Part shown: in pieces, positions 49,984 to 63,800 of the stretch
Layout of the letters: each line of letters begins with the position of its first letter
How positions within the stretch are numbered: the stretch's first letter is position 1
Assembly: GCA_010909165.1 (NCBI GenBank)
Contig: MU008170.1
Span: 1,054,001-1,118,000 of the forward strand
Length of the DNA stretch: 64,000 bases
DNA from: Anthoceros angustus
Lineage: Eukaryota; Plantae; Anthocerotophyta
Reading direction: 5' to 3'
Position numbers and translations under genes: made by a program
The notes under the pieces: model-generated
The model's database searches: none
What the model saw: only the letters and a program-made list of their open reading frames with translations
What the model was told of the DNA's origin: nothing

Positions 49984-51617
49984 TCACGAAATCTTTCGTG
50001 ACAAGTTCCTGTAGCCACTTCCCACGCATGAAAGGAGAACTGTCCCATTTCCTTGGTCGGGCCTGATGCTAAACTGCACACCGAGAAACGCCTTGATGTG
50101 CCGCAGGGTTCTAATCCCTTGCGGAGTCAACTTGCCCACCCGAACTCTGGAAACGTCTTCAGGACATAAAGCACATAGCAAAAATAACAAGCCCTGCATC
50201 GACAGCATCCGATAGTCATTTCCACGAGTCGCATACTATAATTGGACAGATACCAGTAACAGAGATCAAGCTTCGAGCTTCGCCTCAACAGGGAGGGCAA
50301 GGTTGAAAAACGAACCTGATGCGTCGAGTCCACAACGCCACCTTGCCTGATTTCTTCAAGAAGAAGTCTTGCTGCCTTAACCCCAATCTCTTCAGGCAGA
50401 ACTACCCGCTTCCGATCAGCCGGTTCCTCGTCTCCAGCATCGTTTGAATGGTCTACAGCACAGTCAGCACTCAAGAGACATCCGCTGGTGGTCTCAGCAA
50501 CCAGGGAAATACCAAAGCCTGGTGACCTGACGACACCACACGTAACGAGGCTATCCGGTTAGAATGATACCACCCGCAGGTCCATTCCCCAGACAAGAAG
50601 CATCTCGTTACTTACTTTCCAGCATCCTGCCCTGCAACATGATCTGTGTAAATGTGGACAGCACGGATGAGATTTTTGAACTCTCCGCGAGCAGCATCCA
50701 CCATTCTGTTCGACATCTGGGGTGACACTCGTGTGGAATAAGCCACACCCCTTATTCTCTTTATCATGCCCTCATCTTCCAACCTCACTGCCTAAACCGA
50801 GGGACAGAAATGGTAATCCATCAGCAACCAGACGATACGAGCAGGAAGAAAGGTTAGCAACAGCTTGTCCCAACACCATGACCCTGAAGGTGATCATCTC
50901 ACCGTAAGAGTGGTTGGAACCACAGGAACTTTCAGCCTGACTTCTCCACCACCAGAAGGAGGGGCACCTCTAGTGACAATCGTAAGCTCAAGATCTTCCA
51001 CCGGGACACCAAATTGCCTCAGCATAGGCAGGGTGGTAGTCCTGAAGGTGTCCACACAAGGATCTTTCCAGTCATTGGTGACACCTAAAGTATGCCATAA
51101 GCCACTAAGAGTTGCGTTTCGGTGCAACAATCAAACACAACAAAACCTTTGCAGCAAGCACAGAATCCAACCTTTTAGCGTGATGTGCAATGCAGTCTTG
51201 CCGAACAGCCCCATCACAATCAAGGGCTCCAGATAATAGCCAACCGCTCTACTGGTGCCACAATCATGAACCAAGCCCTTGCCGCCTGTGAGAATGCCTG
51301 GTATGTACCTCAGCTTGGTTCCTGCCAAATCCAAACGGATTCCCATGAGAATTACTGTTCCCTTCCATCAGAGCTCCGGCTAGGATAAACCAGAGACGCC
51401 GTAGCTTCCCACCAGTTTCGTTGATCTCCACTGTGCAACCATTACTGATCTTCTCCAGGAGGCGCAGGAAGGAGGCCTCATAGTCCCGCAGGCCAGGCGC
51501 AGAGTCGTTGGCCCGGATTTCGTCCACACGCAACGTGCTGCCAGCTAAGGTAGCCAGCAGCAGACGTTGCCGGAGATTTTGCGCCCCCTTCAATTTCAAC
51601 ACATCGCCTCGACCCAT
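49984..51617 (-). CDS. RCL1: RNA 3'-terminal phosphate cyclase-like protein (18S rRNA processing); multi-exon
   Basis: GAQNLRQRLLLATL, PGLRDYEASFLRLLEKISNG, RGAPPSGGGEV, GGVVDSTHQ and C-terminal LLSCVGSGYRNLSRKIS. Confidence 0.93.
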
Positions 51618-54066
51618 CGCCCTTGCTGTGATCAGCCACCTGTAACCAGTCCTGCTGCAGCTCCGGGCAGGGTTCAGGGTTTTAGAAAACGGAACGTTCG
51701 TGTATTTGTAGAAGCTTGTATGTACAGCCACCGACCCTACTTTGGACTACATATATAGGAGCGGCACTATGTGTCCGATAAAGGGAGGTGTCCCAATTGC
51801 AATTTTTAAAATTTAAAAATAAAAAAATCAAGATTCAATTCACTAGTATTTCCTTTCTCAACTGCTAAAGTCCTTTCTAAATGGTATTAAAAATTTTATT
51901 CTAGGTAATTAATTGTAAATTTATTTTTACTATATTATACTATTAGTGGGGTTTCGATCACCTCGGGTTTGAAAAGGACAAATGGTTGACTCTCAACCGC
52001 TCAAAGCCGCCCGAATATATGATCTTTGCTAAAGGATGTCTAGAGATCTCTCCCACGACGGGCGCCGTGCGATCCGGTGTTCACATGGGCTCATCAACAA
52101 GCCTATACCATAACTTCTTTTCCCAATGCCCATAACGACGTCGATCCTCCCATAAGGTTAAAATCGTCCTCCTTTCAAGGAACGACATCTAGACATGAGT
52201 TCATTAGAACTCCATAATTAAGTGCCCTTCGGACAGATTAGTGCCAAGATGGGGTGGTCATCCGTTTCCCATGGCCCTTATGGGACTACATACATGTTAT
52301 AATATCAAGCTGTTAGTGCCCTACGAGGTTATTCAATTGCTAGTGTCCTACAGGGTTACTCTAGATCTACTTCCCAGTGCGGGACTTCGCTGTATACTTT
52401 GACATATCTATAAAGCCTCAAATTATTGCTAAAACAAATAAGGACAATACTTTATATATTCATAAGTATAGATTTTAGTTTTAGATTAAACTCCTTGTTG
52501 TGGAGTCAACGTGCCATCCCCTGATCGTGGTGGGTGGTCTCCCTTGTGACGCATTAGATGCGAGTTATAGGGTTGTTGTTTTTTTTTCTTTGATATCTAA
52601 TGTCGTTGCCCATAATCCAGCATACTTTTTCTCTGCACGAGTATTTCTCTCCCCGTAACCGTGCATCCATGTGGTTTAAGCCACCATGTCGCGCGACGGC
52701 TAAAGACTAGCTGGCCTGACGTAAGACCCCACACCTCCATGTCATGGTGTTCTATGCCCCCAACCTCTCTCCTCTTTTTTTTATCCCCGATACTCCGCTC
52801 CCCCCTTGTACATCATCGGCACACGCAACCATCCTTTCATTTGGAATAGGGTTTGTCACAAGGCTTTATCTTGGACAAACTTACTGCAAGGAATGAGATC
52901 ACGATACCCAGCCTGGGCAACCAAGGTTGCCTCTTCCAGTAGCTCACCATGCGTAGTGAGTGTGCAATGGGGAATCGCCTTTTCCCGTGGAGAGTAGGCT
53001 GCACTCAAGAGGTGGCGAGAGGAAGATATGGGGGAGGTTGAGGTATGCTTTCCTCTCTTTTGATTGTCCGCTAGGGTTTTTGCCACAACATGACATCGTA
53101 ATTTATAGACCTTCTCATACAATACCTCTGAAAAATCCAAATCTCAAGGCGGTGCCTCTCCATCATCAAAATTCCAAGGAAATGCTTTTAGGAATAGAAG
53201 CAGCAAGCATTTCTCCAAATGCCAAATCGTGCTTGTATGTAATAAAATGTCATGAGAGCACAATATAAAAAATCCAAGGGATTGGATTATAAACACAGAA
53301 GAGATACTGTCATTCAAATTGCTAGCAATTGCCTAAGAAAGAACAAGCCTCATAAAGGAAGGCGCTTCTCCACACCAAATACCTAAATAGTCTGTGTACT
53401 TCAATTATCTTTTGGGTAGGTGATCGCGATCAGGGTGGCGCTTGCCTAGTATCGAGCATTAGACGGAGTATGGCACAAGTAGCAGGTGACAGGGTTTACA
53501 TATATGAAGAGAGTGGCGTATGGGGTGGTAAAAGAGTAAGAGGAGAGAAGTTGGAAGTATGGTTCACCATGCCATGGAAATGGCAGGCCCCACGTCTGGC
53601 CAACATCTAGCCAACTAATCTTTAGCTTCAGCCGTGGGCGACATGGGATGGACATGGACATGGAGCTTTGGTATATACTTTGTAGACAAGCGTGGATATC
53701 GGGAACCAGGAGCAACCGTCTTGGGCGAGTGCCCAGATGGTGGGCTCCAATATTTCACATCCAGGGACAACTATTGCATGGAGCGTTTGCATTCATCCTG
53801 TAAGGTTCGCATTCTATCTTGTCAGGTTTAATTTCTTCTAGTCTCTCTGGTGGAATTTACGAATAATAGTGTAAGAGGATGAAGTAGTCTCTAGTAGGAT
53901 TTACATATTATAACGTTAAAGAGGGTGAATTTATCAGGAACTGTGAAACGGTGTTCTTTCTCATGGGCTCGGGATGCATGGGGCCATTGTAGAAACAGAT
54001 AAGTAGAGGGATACAGTCTGCCTATTACCTCTCACCATAAAAGCACGTGCTATCACTGGTGAATGC

Positions 54067-57000
54067 TGTGGGCTACAGACTCTCCTCGGAGGGAGTTGGG
54101 TTTTGTTTTTTTCGTGGGTCCGGAGTAGAAAATAAGGCGGAATGGGAGAAATAAGGTCCCAGGAGCTCACTACACGGAGTAAACTGAGGAGCATACATTC
54201 CGGAAGAGCTCTGGATCGCCCTCGACTCAAGGAAGGGTCCGGACCGCCCTTCGGAGTGCACAGGGTAAGTCCGGAGCACACTCCGGACTAGGAGGTTAAC
54301 ACGCCAAGTAAAGTAACTCAGGAGTCGGAGCATGGTTTAGATAGCTGCCGCACGGATTCAGACCAGAGGTGAACGCATGCGCAGTGCTAGGACCGTAGGG
54401 TTGCCAATGGCCGTTATAGGTAGGTATTAACGCCTCGGCACAACGCGTGCGTATGGCTAGAGTACGGCAAAAGAGAAGGGCCGAGTAAGCGCAGATAAGG
54501 CCGAGTAAGCCATGCAGTGCTCATAGCCACGGGCAGCGAGGGCCGCCCGCGACCATGTTATTCTCGACGTAAGAGAAGTAGACGGAGGTCATTCTTCAAA
54601 CAACCTCGACGATTTTCGCACTCTCTTGCTCGCATAACACCGCCTCGGGCGTTGTCTTTTCGAGCCAGTCACCCTTCCGCGCGGCTCGACTTTGGCAAAG
54701 GACCGACGCAATGGGCAGTATGATTAGACGAGAGTTCGGAGCTCATAGCCAAGTAAGGAGCACAAGGATGGGACCAAAGAAAGCGGGCGGAGGGCGTGGA
54801 GCCACGGCGCTCACCGTGGAACGTTAACATCACCAAGCGCCACCTGGGGATTTCTGCGTGGAGGAGGCGGAGGAGCTTGTAGGAGGAAACGGCACCGGAC
54901 ATTTCCGGTGTTCGACCTTTGACAAATACACCTAGTCCCGAGTACGCTCGAAAATGCGGGCAGGCCAACAAGGAGGTCTCGATCCAGAACCTCGCGGAGG
55001 ACCCGGGAGGTGGACCGTGGAGGTCCCGAGGGTAGTCTCCACAACTTGCAGAGAAGTGGGAGTGAAATGCATCGGGGAAGGTGGAAGCGCTGCATGCCCC
55101 TCAAGGCGATCGCGGCGACGCAGCGATCCTCAAATGGGTGGGTCGGACCTCTCTACGTAGAAGATTATAGTCCACTGGAACATGCTGACCAAGGTGGACC
55201 ACCTTGGAGACAATTTGCTGGTGTTCCTCCACGACCTTCAGAAAGGGAAACGCGCCGACTGGGGCAGAATAATTTTTGCCCGGATCAACCAGGAGGCTCG
55301 CAAGCTGAGGTGCGAGAAGCCACCTCCGTCGGCGTTATCGCCGTTCTTGATCCATGTGTGGGGGCACGCGAACCTCCTGAAGGAGGGTGAGGAGGAACGA
55401 GCACTCCGGAAAGGGCTGGCCGCCCTACCGGAGGCAGAAGGAAGAGTGCAGGAGGCGGAGGCCCGGCCCACCGGGAGCAAGGGTCCAGGAGGAGGACGAT
55501 CGAGGATTCCTGACTCCATACGCCTCGAGCGGACCCCTCGCCACCTAGGGAAGTGTGGGAGGATATCCCGCTTCTCCTCCCTGTGCCCCACCGGAAATCA
55601 AGCAGAAGAGGCGGCCACAGACGGAGTTGGCGGTTCCAGCCGCATAGGTGCCCAAACAACAACCGCTGAGTTCACGGCCTCAAGGGAACCAAGAGGCGAA
55701 GACGGCGCCACCAACGCAAGACTCAGATGCACTGCCTGTGCCCCTCGCCAACGGGAGTGGCAAAAAGCGGAGGAGGCAAGGGCGGAAGGGACGCCCAAGG
55801 AGCGGGAGGCCATCGGCAAAAAGCCCCACCGGAGCTCGCCCTGCCCCACCGGGAGAGGCAAAGGGCCCCTGACCTTTCACCACCTCCGAGCCCGGAGGAG
55901 AAGGGCGGAGAAGGAGTTAGCTGGCCAAGAGGGCCAAGGAAGGTGAGGCTGGGATTGATAAAGACTCGTGACACGAGGGTCCTCATTAGGGTCCGGAGAG
56001 CTCCATCTGACCGCCCCGGACTGCAGCATGGGTCCTTGAGGACTAAGAGAGATGCCCGCGCCCACGGGACTTCCTGCATCTCCCAAGGCCCGCTAAGAAC
56101 GCGCGATGAGCACTGGCATCACGGACGCAGTGCTTGGGGTCTCATGGAATAAATGGAGAAGACCCAAGAAGTGGAGGCCACCAGGCGAAGAATGGTGGAA
56201 CTCCAGGGGCAGGTAGAGGCGGCCCAGAGAGGCGGCAGAAGGCGGAGTCCTCGTTCAATCGAGAGGGAAAACCGGAGGCGGAGCGAGAGGTCCCATTGCC
56301 AAGGTCGACTAAGATCCTTCACCGGCGAACAACTCAAGGCGCAGGAGGCCCAAGCACGGGCCAAGACCTCCGCAAACGGAGTGAGGAAGGAGGAGGCGGA
56401 GGAGGGTCAGAGGTGAAGCTGAACGCCCATGGGACTGCCGAGGCGGCTCGTGTAGACTAACACCAAGCCAGTGAGGCTCAGGTAAAGGCGCGGAGGCGGA
56501 AGCCGCGGTTAAGGTCCACCGTGATCACTAACACGCGATCAACCGTGGAGAGAGACGGCTGGGCCAACTAAGGCCGGCTGTGGCCAAGAAGGAGTAAGCA
56601 CTAAGTAGCAAGGAGAAATGGAGGCCACCACCCGGAAATAGGGACCTGGCAACAGCAGGAAGTGCAGGAGCTGGCGGCAGAGCCTGGAAGGCAAGAAAGT
56701 CACCCCTCGAGTCGCAACTCCAAGACGCTATTTAGTGCAACACGATTCTCAACGGAGAATCCAAGACTTCGAGCAGATAGAGCGTCGCCTCATTAAGACG
56801 GAGAGAATAGTGCCACATCCAAGGAGTTGGACGCCGCCAGCCGGTGAGCGGGGTTGAGCCGGGCGGGTACGGGCCGCCTCGAGAAGGAAGTGGCTGACCT
56901 GTGTAAGGATGAACGGAGGGATGAGGGCTCGGAGGAGGAGCAGAGGGCTTGTCCGATTGAAGGCAGGGGAGCGGCTCCATGGCCAAAGAACCGTGGAGCT

Positions 57001-57872
57001 ACAACGACGGCGAGGAGGACCACGAGCAGCAGCCAAAGGCTGCTGTGAAGTGTCGGAGGCCGCCTTTGGCGCATCGGGAGTCCGCCCGGCTTCAGCTTGG
57101 CGAGCACAAGGAGACGATCCAAAGAAGCCGACAACACGCCCAACCGCCGGAGCACCTCGATAGGAGTACCGGGTGCTGTGCCTATGTAGAGGAGGCAATT
57201 CCAAGTCGATCTGACTTTTACTACCACGCTGAGCTCCTCAAGGCCCTCGAGGTCTTGCGCCACCCCAGGCGGTGGACCTCCGTGACTCGGGGGGAGCTGC
57301 GGGAAGAAGGCCCCGGAGACAACACAATCGGGACCTTAGGGAGCTCGCTTGACGACGATGAACAATGCGGCGAGGGGGAGCAATGGAGGAGCGTGACGCA
57401 GGAAGGTCGCCGCCCGAGGTAAGCACTGACCTCACCACGTAAGGAAGGAGGAGGGCCTGGGAGGCCGAGAAGGGGCGATCCGGAAACCCGGAACTACTTG
57501 GAGGGCCTGGGTGAGCCCCTCATAAGTCCAGTGAGGGGCGAGCCGGTGCTCGCGAGTTCGGACTTTGTCTTGACTGGAAGCCTGACTCAGGCCGGCCGAA
57601 GAAAGTCCGGACTCAAAGGTCCAGACTCTGGATTTAGACGCACTCGAGGTCCGGACCCAGAAGACCGGGCCCAAGACCGGACTCCAGCAGTCCAGACTCG
57701 AGGGTCCTGACCTGAAAGAAGACCGGACCTGTAAGTCCGGACCTCAGAGAAGACCGACCGAGGTCCGGACTCGAGTCGAGATCGGACCCCGAGGTCCGCA
57801 CTCAGTGAGCGGTGAGCCACCAAACCAGCCTCGCGAACCATTCTCAGAGGCCCGACAAGGGGCCCACCAACA
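54067..57872. mobile_element. Repeat family copy 1: TG-initiated element with a frameshifted plus-strand coiled-coil ORF, probably from a Gypsy (Tat/Retand-like) element
   Basis: Starts TGTGGGCTACAGACTCTCCTCGGAGG and is homologous to 60878 onward. Shared peptides LTKVDHLGDN and SPFLIHVWGH.NLLKEGEEERALR, then an E/R/K/A-rich region. ggtccggac motif clusters at both ends. Confidence 0.6.
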
Positions 57873-58764
57873 GACAAGAGAGGATGGGGAGGAGGACTCG
57901 GTGGTGACCCCGTCGTTGTCTAAGGGACGCTACGCCGGGCCGGCTCAGCTCAGCCGATGGCTGCAGTCTCGAGGGTAGGCCATACGTCATGGATCTATCC
58001 GATTAAGGGGCGCCGCTTGAATTGTCGAGGCCACAGGGCTTTGGCCGCCGCTTTAGGCGGAGACTTTGAGCAATCCCAATCCCACAGGCATGGGCCAGGG
58101 CGGAATAATAGGAAAATGGTAGGCGTAAGCAAGGGGCCCACCGAGGCTGCCACCCAGTTTCGCAATAGGTGTTGTGAGCTCCAAGACATCCGTGAAAAGT
58201 GCGTTTACGATGTAAGGGCACGCACAAGGCGAGCAGTGTGAGCATCGTGTTGGTGGGTCAAAGGAGAAAGAAGCTTGCAGGCATGTGGTAAAACCGCATA
58301 CACGAAGCCGCTGGCTGGCATCGCCCATCCCCTCGAACTCTCTCAAGCGCCCAGGCTGGGAGATCCAACAATAGACAAGCGAGGTAAATCGCCGGTGCCC
58401 GAGCTACACCGGAAGGCACATGGCAGCCAGGAGGCAATTCGGCACCGGGCTGCAAGAGCGGCTGGCTATGAGCGTTTAAGCATAAAGAAGGACACATGTG
58501 GGCGATGGCGAAGCAACATATATGATTCGACAAAGATGTGTTTGCGCTGATGACGGGAAGGCCGGAAGGGTTTGACGAAATTCGGCAAGCATTGATTTGA
58601 TGAAGGTGTGAAAGTGAAGACCGTGGGATAGGAACTGCGATTGAGAATGCCCAAATCCTTCAGACAGTATCCAGACGCAGACGGCACTGCACACTTATTG
58701 AGTGAGGACATTTCCTTCCTTTTTGCTGACCCCACCACTTATCCCGCTGATTTCACCATGCAAC

Positions 58765-60877
58765 TGGTTAGAGCTCGAGGAGGCGTAACAAGCTATGGGG
58801 CCTGGCCTTTTTAATCAGCTTTTTTATCACCTCGTCAGAATGGCGGTGTGCTAATCCCCTCCACTCGCCTGCTGCTCTATGCACCTTTGAAGATAGAGTT
58901 CAGGGACAAGGATAGGTTTAATGGTTCAGATTATAGCATCTGGGTCATGAGGTTGACTCAAATATTTGAGAAGCATGAGCTGTTCTCCATCGTGAATGGA
59001 ACAGAACTCAAGGTCACCGTACCATTTAGATCAGCAGACAAAATCCTAGCTTGGGAGCGGAAGGATAGGCGCGCTAGATCCATTCTCATTGCTGCCTTAG
59101 ATAGAAATATGATGCCACATACCATAGGTGCTAGATCAGCCCACGATGTGTGGAGGGTATTTGAGTCCATCTATTAGGACAAGAGCTCTGCATCTCTAGT
59201 GCATGCGCACAAAGACTTCTACAACCTCAGGATGCGTGAGAATGAGCCTGTTGAGGCATACATTAACAAGTTTAGGACACTTCGTGCTAATCTTGCTTAT
59301 CGTGGTACAGTTCTGACAGAAGTACAAGCTGCCACCTGCATTTTGGCATCCTTTCCAGAGAGTTATCAGCATTTTGTTGGGAGCCAGAACGCCACCATTC
59401 ACACTGTTGTCCAGGCAGCTGCTGCTGGGCAACAACTACCGAAGGTAACCCTCAAAGAGATTATAGGTGCCCTTATTTCTGAGGAGCGCACCAGGAGTCT
59501 TCATAAGACAAAGGGCTCAACTTCGTCCAACACAAGAGTGTTGTTCACATCTCGAGGGAGAGGAGGATTCCATGGCAAAGGCAGAGGATGTGGAGCCTAC
59601 CAACCACTCCAGAGGGTTTCCACTGCCAATAAGACCTTCATATGCAACTGGTGTAAGATCCCCGGCCACTATGAGCGTGACTGTCGGAAGAAGAAAAACG
59701 GAGAGCCAAAACGTGACCATCCACCTGAAAGCAACGTCACCATCAGCAAGGCTAAGCAGCCCACCATCCTGGCAGTCTGCCTGTCATCTACCCAATTCCA
59801 ATTTGATTCTTGGTTTTTAGATTCTGGAGCCACTAGCCACATCCGTTTTTATAGAAATGCATTTTCTACTTTCACTTCTTCTAGTGATGCTAAACAGTTT
59901 GTGCTTCTGGGTGATGACGTGGACTCTCAATCAATGGATCGGGCTCAGTCATCATAGCCTTGCCAGACTCTTCCAATCTAACCCTCACAGATGTTCTCTA
60001 TGTCCCCTCCATGCCTAAAAACCTGATGTTTGTCTTGAAGTTGACACAGGAACACAAGTGCCGAGTGAGTTTTGATCAGCAAGGGTGTCATGTTACACAA
60101 TCCAGGTCAGGTTACACCCTATTTACTAGATCTCCCCACCATGAACTTTATTTGCTGAATGTTAGGACAGTCGTGTTTTCTACTCAATCTGTCCATGCTA
60201 CACAAACAACATCTACTCAGCTATGGCATTGTCGTCTAGGTCATGTCAACTTTCAGCGTCTTGGTTCACTTCTGCAAGGTGAGACGTATAGAGAACCCCT
60301 TTCTTTTTCTTTCGATAAGGACGCCTTCTGTGAGGCCTGTCAACTTAGCAAGGCCCACTCTCTCCCCTTCAAGGATAAGGCCCTTAGCCGTGCTGATGGT
60401 TTCCTACACGCTGTGCATAGTGATATTTGTGGACCCATGTCCACCTCTTCATTCGGTGGGGCTAATTATTTCCTCACTTTTATTAACGAATGGAGCCGAT
60501 ATTGTGTAGTTTTTCTTCTCCGACACAAAAGTGAAGCTTTTGACTGCTTCAAGTCTTATGTGGCCTATGCACAACGACAGACCTCCTGCAAGGTACGAAT
60601 CCTTCGAACGGACAACGGTGGTGAGTACACCAGCAACGCCTTTGCTTCTTTCTGCCAGGAGGAAGGTATACTCCATCAGTTCACAGTGCCTTATACGCTG
60701 GAGCAGAATGCTTTCTCGGAACGCAAAAACAGAACTTTGCAAGAGGCCACTTTGGCTTCTCTTTCCTTTGCTGGACTCACACGTGGGTATTGGGCTGAAG
60801 CTTTGATGGCAGCCAACTATGTTCAGAATCGCCTTCCCACTAAGGAGCTTGGTCTTATGACTCCATTCGAGCGCTGG
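58765..60877 (+). mobile_element. Ty1/Copia retrotransposon (PBS, gag, protease, integrase), disrupted and interrupted at 60878
   Basis: PBS-like TGGTTAGAGC at 58765. FNGSDYSIW, CNWCKIPGHYERDC, WFLDSGATSH, LWHCRLGH, CEAC, HSDICGP, RTDNGGEY and ERKNRTL. Premature stop at 59175. Confidence 0.93.
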
Positions 60878-63800
60878 TGTGGACTACAGACTCTCCTCGG
60901 AGGTAGGAAATGAGTTAGGTTTTGTTTTTTTGTAGGTCCGGAGTAGAAAATAAGGCGGAAAGGAGGGAATAGGTCCGGAGTACTCCGGACTACACTCTGG
61001 AGTAGGTTGAAGGACTCCGGAGTACACTCCGGAGGAGCCCGCAGACTGCACACGAAGGCGGGCGGATCGCCTAAAAGCCAGTAAGTCAGGACCACACTCA
61101 AAGCGGGATGGGATAATCGCCAAGTAAAGTAACTTAGGAGTTGGAGCGTGTTTTAGACAGACAAGGCCACGTGTCTTGAGAGGAGGCAGCATGCGGCGGA
61201 CCCGGGGTGGTGCGATGGCCCGTTATGCGGTATTCACGCTCCAAGTGCAGTCTCTGGCGTAAGTCTGTGGCGTAAGGCCGGAAGTGGCAGGCGTAAGGTG
61301 GAGTAAGCCATGCAGACCTCAGCGATTCACGGACGAAGAGCACCTCGCCGGCGTCTACTTCGCGTCGGCCGGGAGGTCATTTCTCTTTGTGACCTCGAGA
61401 CAATTTTCGCGATCTCGCGCTCCGCCACCCCGCCTCGCGCTCTTTGGCCTCGGGCACCTTGGCAGCTCACCTTTGTGGTTGGAGCAATGACGTGGCGAAG
61501 AGAGGCGGCGTGCGATGTCAGACAATCGCCTCTGGCCGGAGCAAGGAGAAGGCGGTGATGGGACCCAAGAAGGCTGCGAAGGTGTGGGAGCCCTGGCGCC
61601 TGGTGGAGCACAACATTGTCACTAGGAGATATCCCGACTTCGGACCCTGGTTGGCGGAGGCAAAAGACCTGGTGGAGAAGTGGCACCTCGACATCTTCAG
61701 AGCGGTTTGGACGTTTGACAGCGTCATGCTCGTCAGGGAATACGCCAGGAAGATGTTGGCAGTTGCCAATAAGGAGGTACGCTCCAAGAGCCTAAGGAGG
61801 ACCCCGGGGAGGTGGGCGGTGGAGGTCTGAGGCGGTATCTGACCGCCCGGAGGAAGAAAGTGGGGCGTAGTCCGGGCCCCTCAAGGCAAGGGAAAGATAG
61901 AGCGGCGAAGGCCAATCTTTGAAAGCCGGGGGACAGCAGACGACCAGCGGTGGTTGATGCGGACCTGTGGACGAGTGAGGCGATGGCGAATCATTGTCCC
62001 TGGAACATGCTCACCAAGGTGGATCACCTTGGTGACAATCTGTGTTCGTGCATGCTGCGGGGGAAGAGGGCCGGGAAGGATCATCCTCGCCGGATCAACC
62101 AGAGGCCAGAAACTACGGGCCTCTAGCATCCCCCTTCCTCATCCATGTGTGGGGACACCTCAACCTCCTGAAGGAGGGGGAAGAAGAGCGGGCTCTCCGG
62201 GAAGGGCAGGCGGCCCCTCGGAGCAGCGGAGGCGGGAAAGAGACAAAGCTCCGGGACCCCTCGCCACCTAGGGAAGTGTGGGAAGATATCCACTTCCCTC
62301 CTCTTGGATCGCCGGAGCTGGCCGAGCGGAGGAGGAGGAGACCACGGGCAGCGGTTGGCGGTTGCAGCGGCGGGCCAGCCCAACAACAACATTCGAGCCG
62401 CGGACTCGGCGGAACCAGGCGTGAATGGCGCCTACCAGCAGAAGTGCCGGGACGGCACGCTTTGCCCCTTGCGGAGTGGCAAGGAGGCGGAGGAGGCCGT
62501 GAGGAAGGGCGGGGGAGGCCGGGGAGGCGGAGGACACGCAACCTCCCTCCCTGTCCCGGCCGAGGCAAGAGGGCCAGCTCCGGACCCCTCGCCACCTCAG
62601 GCCCAGGGAAGAAGGCGGAGAAGGAGTTAGCGGCCAAGAGGCCAAGGAGGTGAGGCTCGGACACACCTCGACTGAGGGTCACGGTCGTCCGGAGAGCCCG
62701 GTCCGGACTCGCTCAGGCTACTGCTGATCCTTGACCAGAGATGCCCGCGCCCACCAGGCAGGCATCTCCCAGTGGCGGCCGTGGAAGCGGCGGGTTTTGC
62801 CACCGTCATGGATGGTATGCTTTGGGGTCTCTGGGAAGAGAAGACCCAGAGTGGAGTCAACAGAGCGATGGTGCTCTCCAAGAGGCGGTGGAGGCGGCCC
62901 GGGATGCGAAGAGGCGGAATCCCTCGCTCGAATCGAGGAGGAAGCGTGGGAGGCGGGCGGAGGTCAGTCTATTCGAAGATCGGACCAAGGTCCTTCAAGT
63001 GTTGAGCAGTGAAGCACGCGTCTGTGAGGCCCAAGCAGGCGGAGACCTCTGCGGAGGGTGAGCGGAAGGAGGCGGAGGAGGCCCGAGGCAAGCGGAGGGC
63101 TTGACTGGCGGCGGCGTTGGACCAACACTGGCCGTGAGGCTCGGTGGCGCGGAGGCGAAGCCGTGGCTAAGCCGGCGGGATCACTATCACGTGATCAGCG
63201 GTGGAGGGAGGCAGCAAGGATAACTGAACAGGCAGGCGGCGGAGGCGGGCACAGGCGGCCAGGCAAAGAAGGCGGCAACAAGGAGATGGAGGATCTCGAG
63301 CTCGATTCGCGTGAGTGGAACAGGCGGAGATGGAAGACCCGCAGGAGACCTTGGGCTGCACTCAAAGTTACAATTGAGCGGAGCAGGAATCGGGCGTGAT
63401 CGCGGATCACGGCGGAGATAGGCGACTCAGCTGTTGGGCGGTAAGAGGTAAGGCGATGGAACAAGGAGGCGGGGCGTCGCCGAAATGGAGAAGGACGAAG
63501 CACGAATCGGCGGGATTGCGGACCGTGGGAGGGAGATGGCGGAGCTTGAGGCCGGGATGAATGGAGGCGAGCCTTGGGCCTTGAGAAGAAGCTGGTCCGA
63601 TTAAGGAAGGCGGAGGGAGCTGCGTTTTGGCGGGCGGAGGCGGAAGCAGCGGAGGCTGGAGCAGGCGAACAAGCGGCACGAGGAAGTGAGGCTTCCCTTT
63701 GGCCTCGCGATTCTGCCCGGCTCCAGTCAAACTGGCAGGAGATGGTCCGGACCAACAAAGGCAACATGCTCCGGAGCACCTATGGCGAAGGGAGTATCGG

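Noticed and set aside
53634-53831. R2/RTE-like LINE zinc-finger remnant (VLGECP...SRDN)
   Set aside because: Too short and degenerate to support a call.
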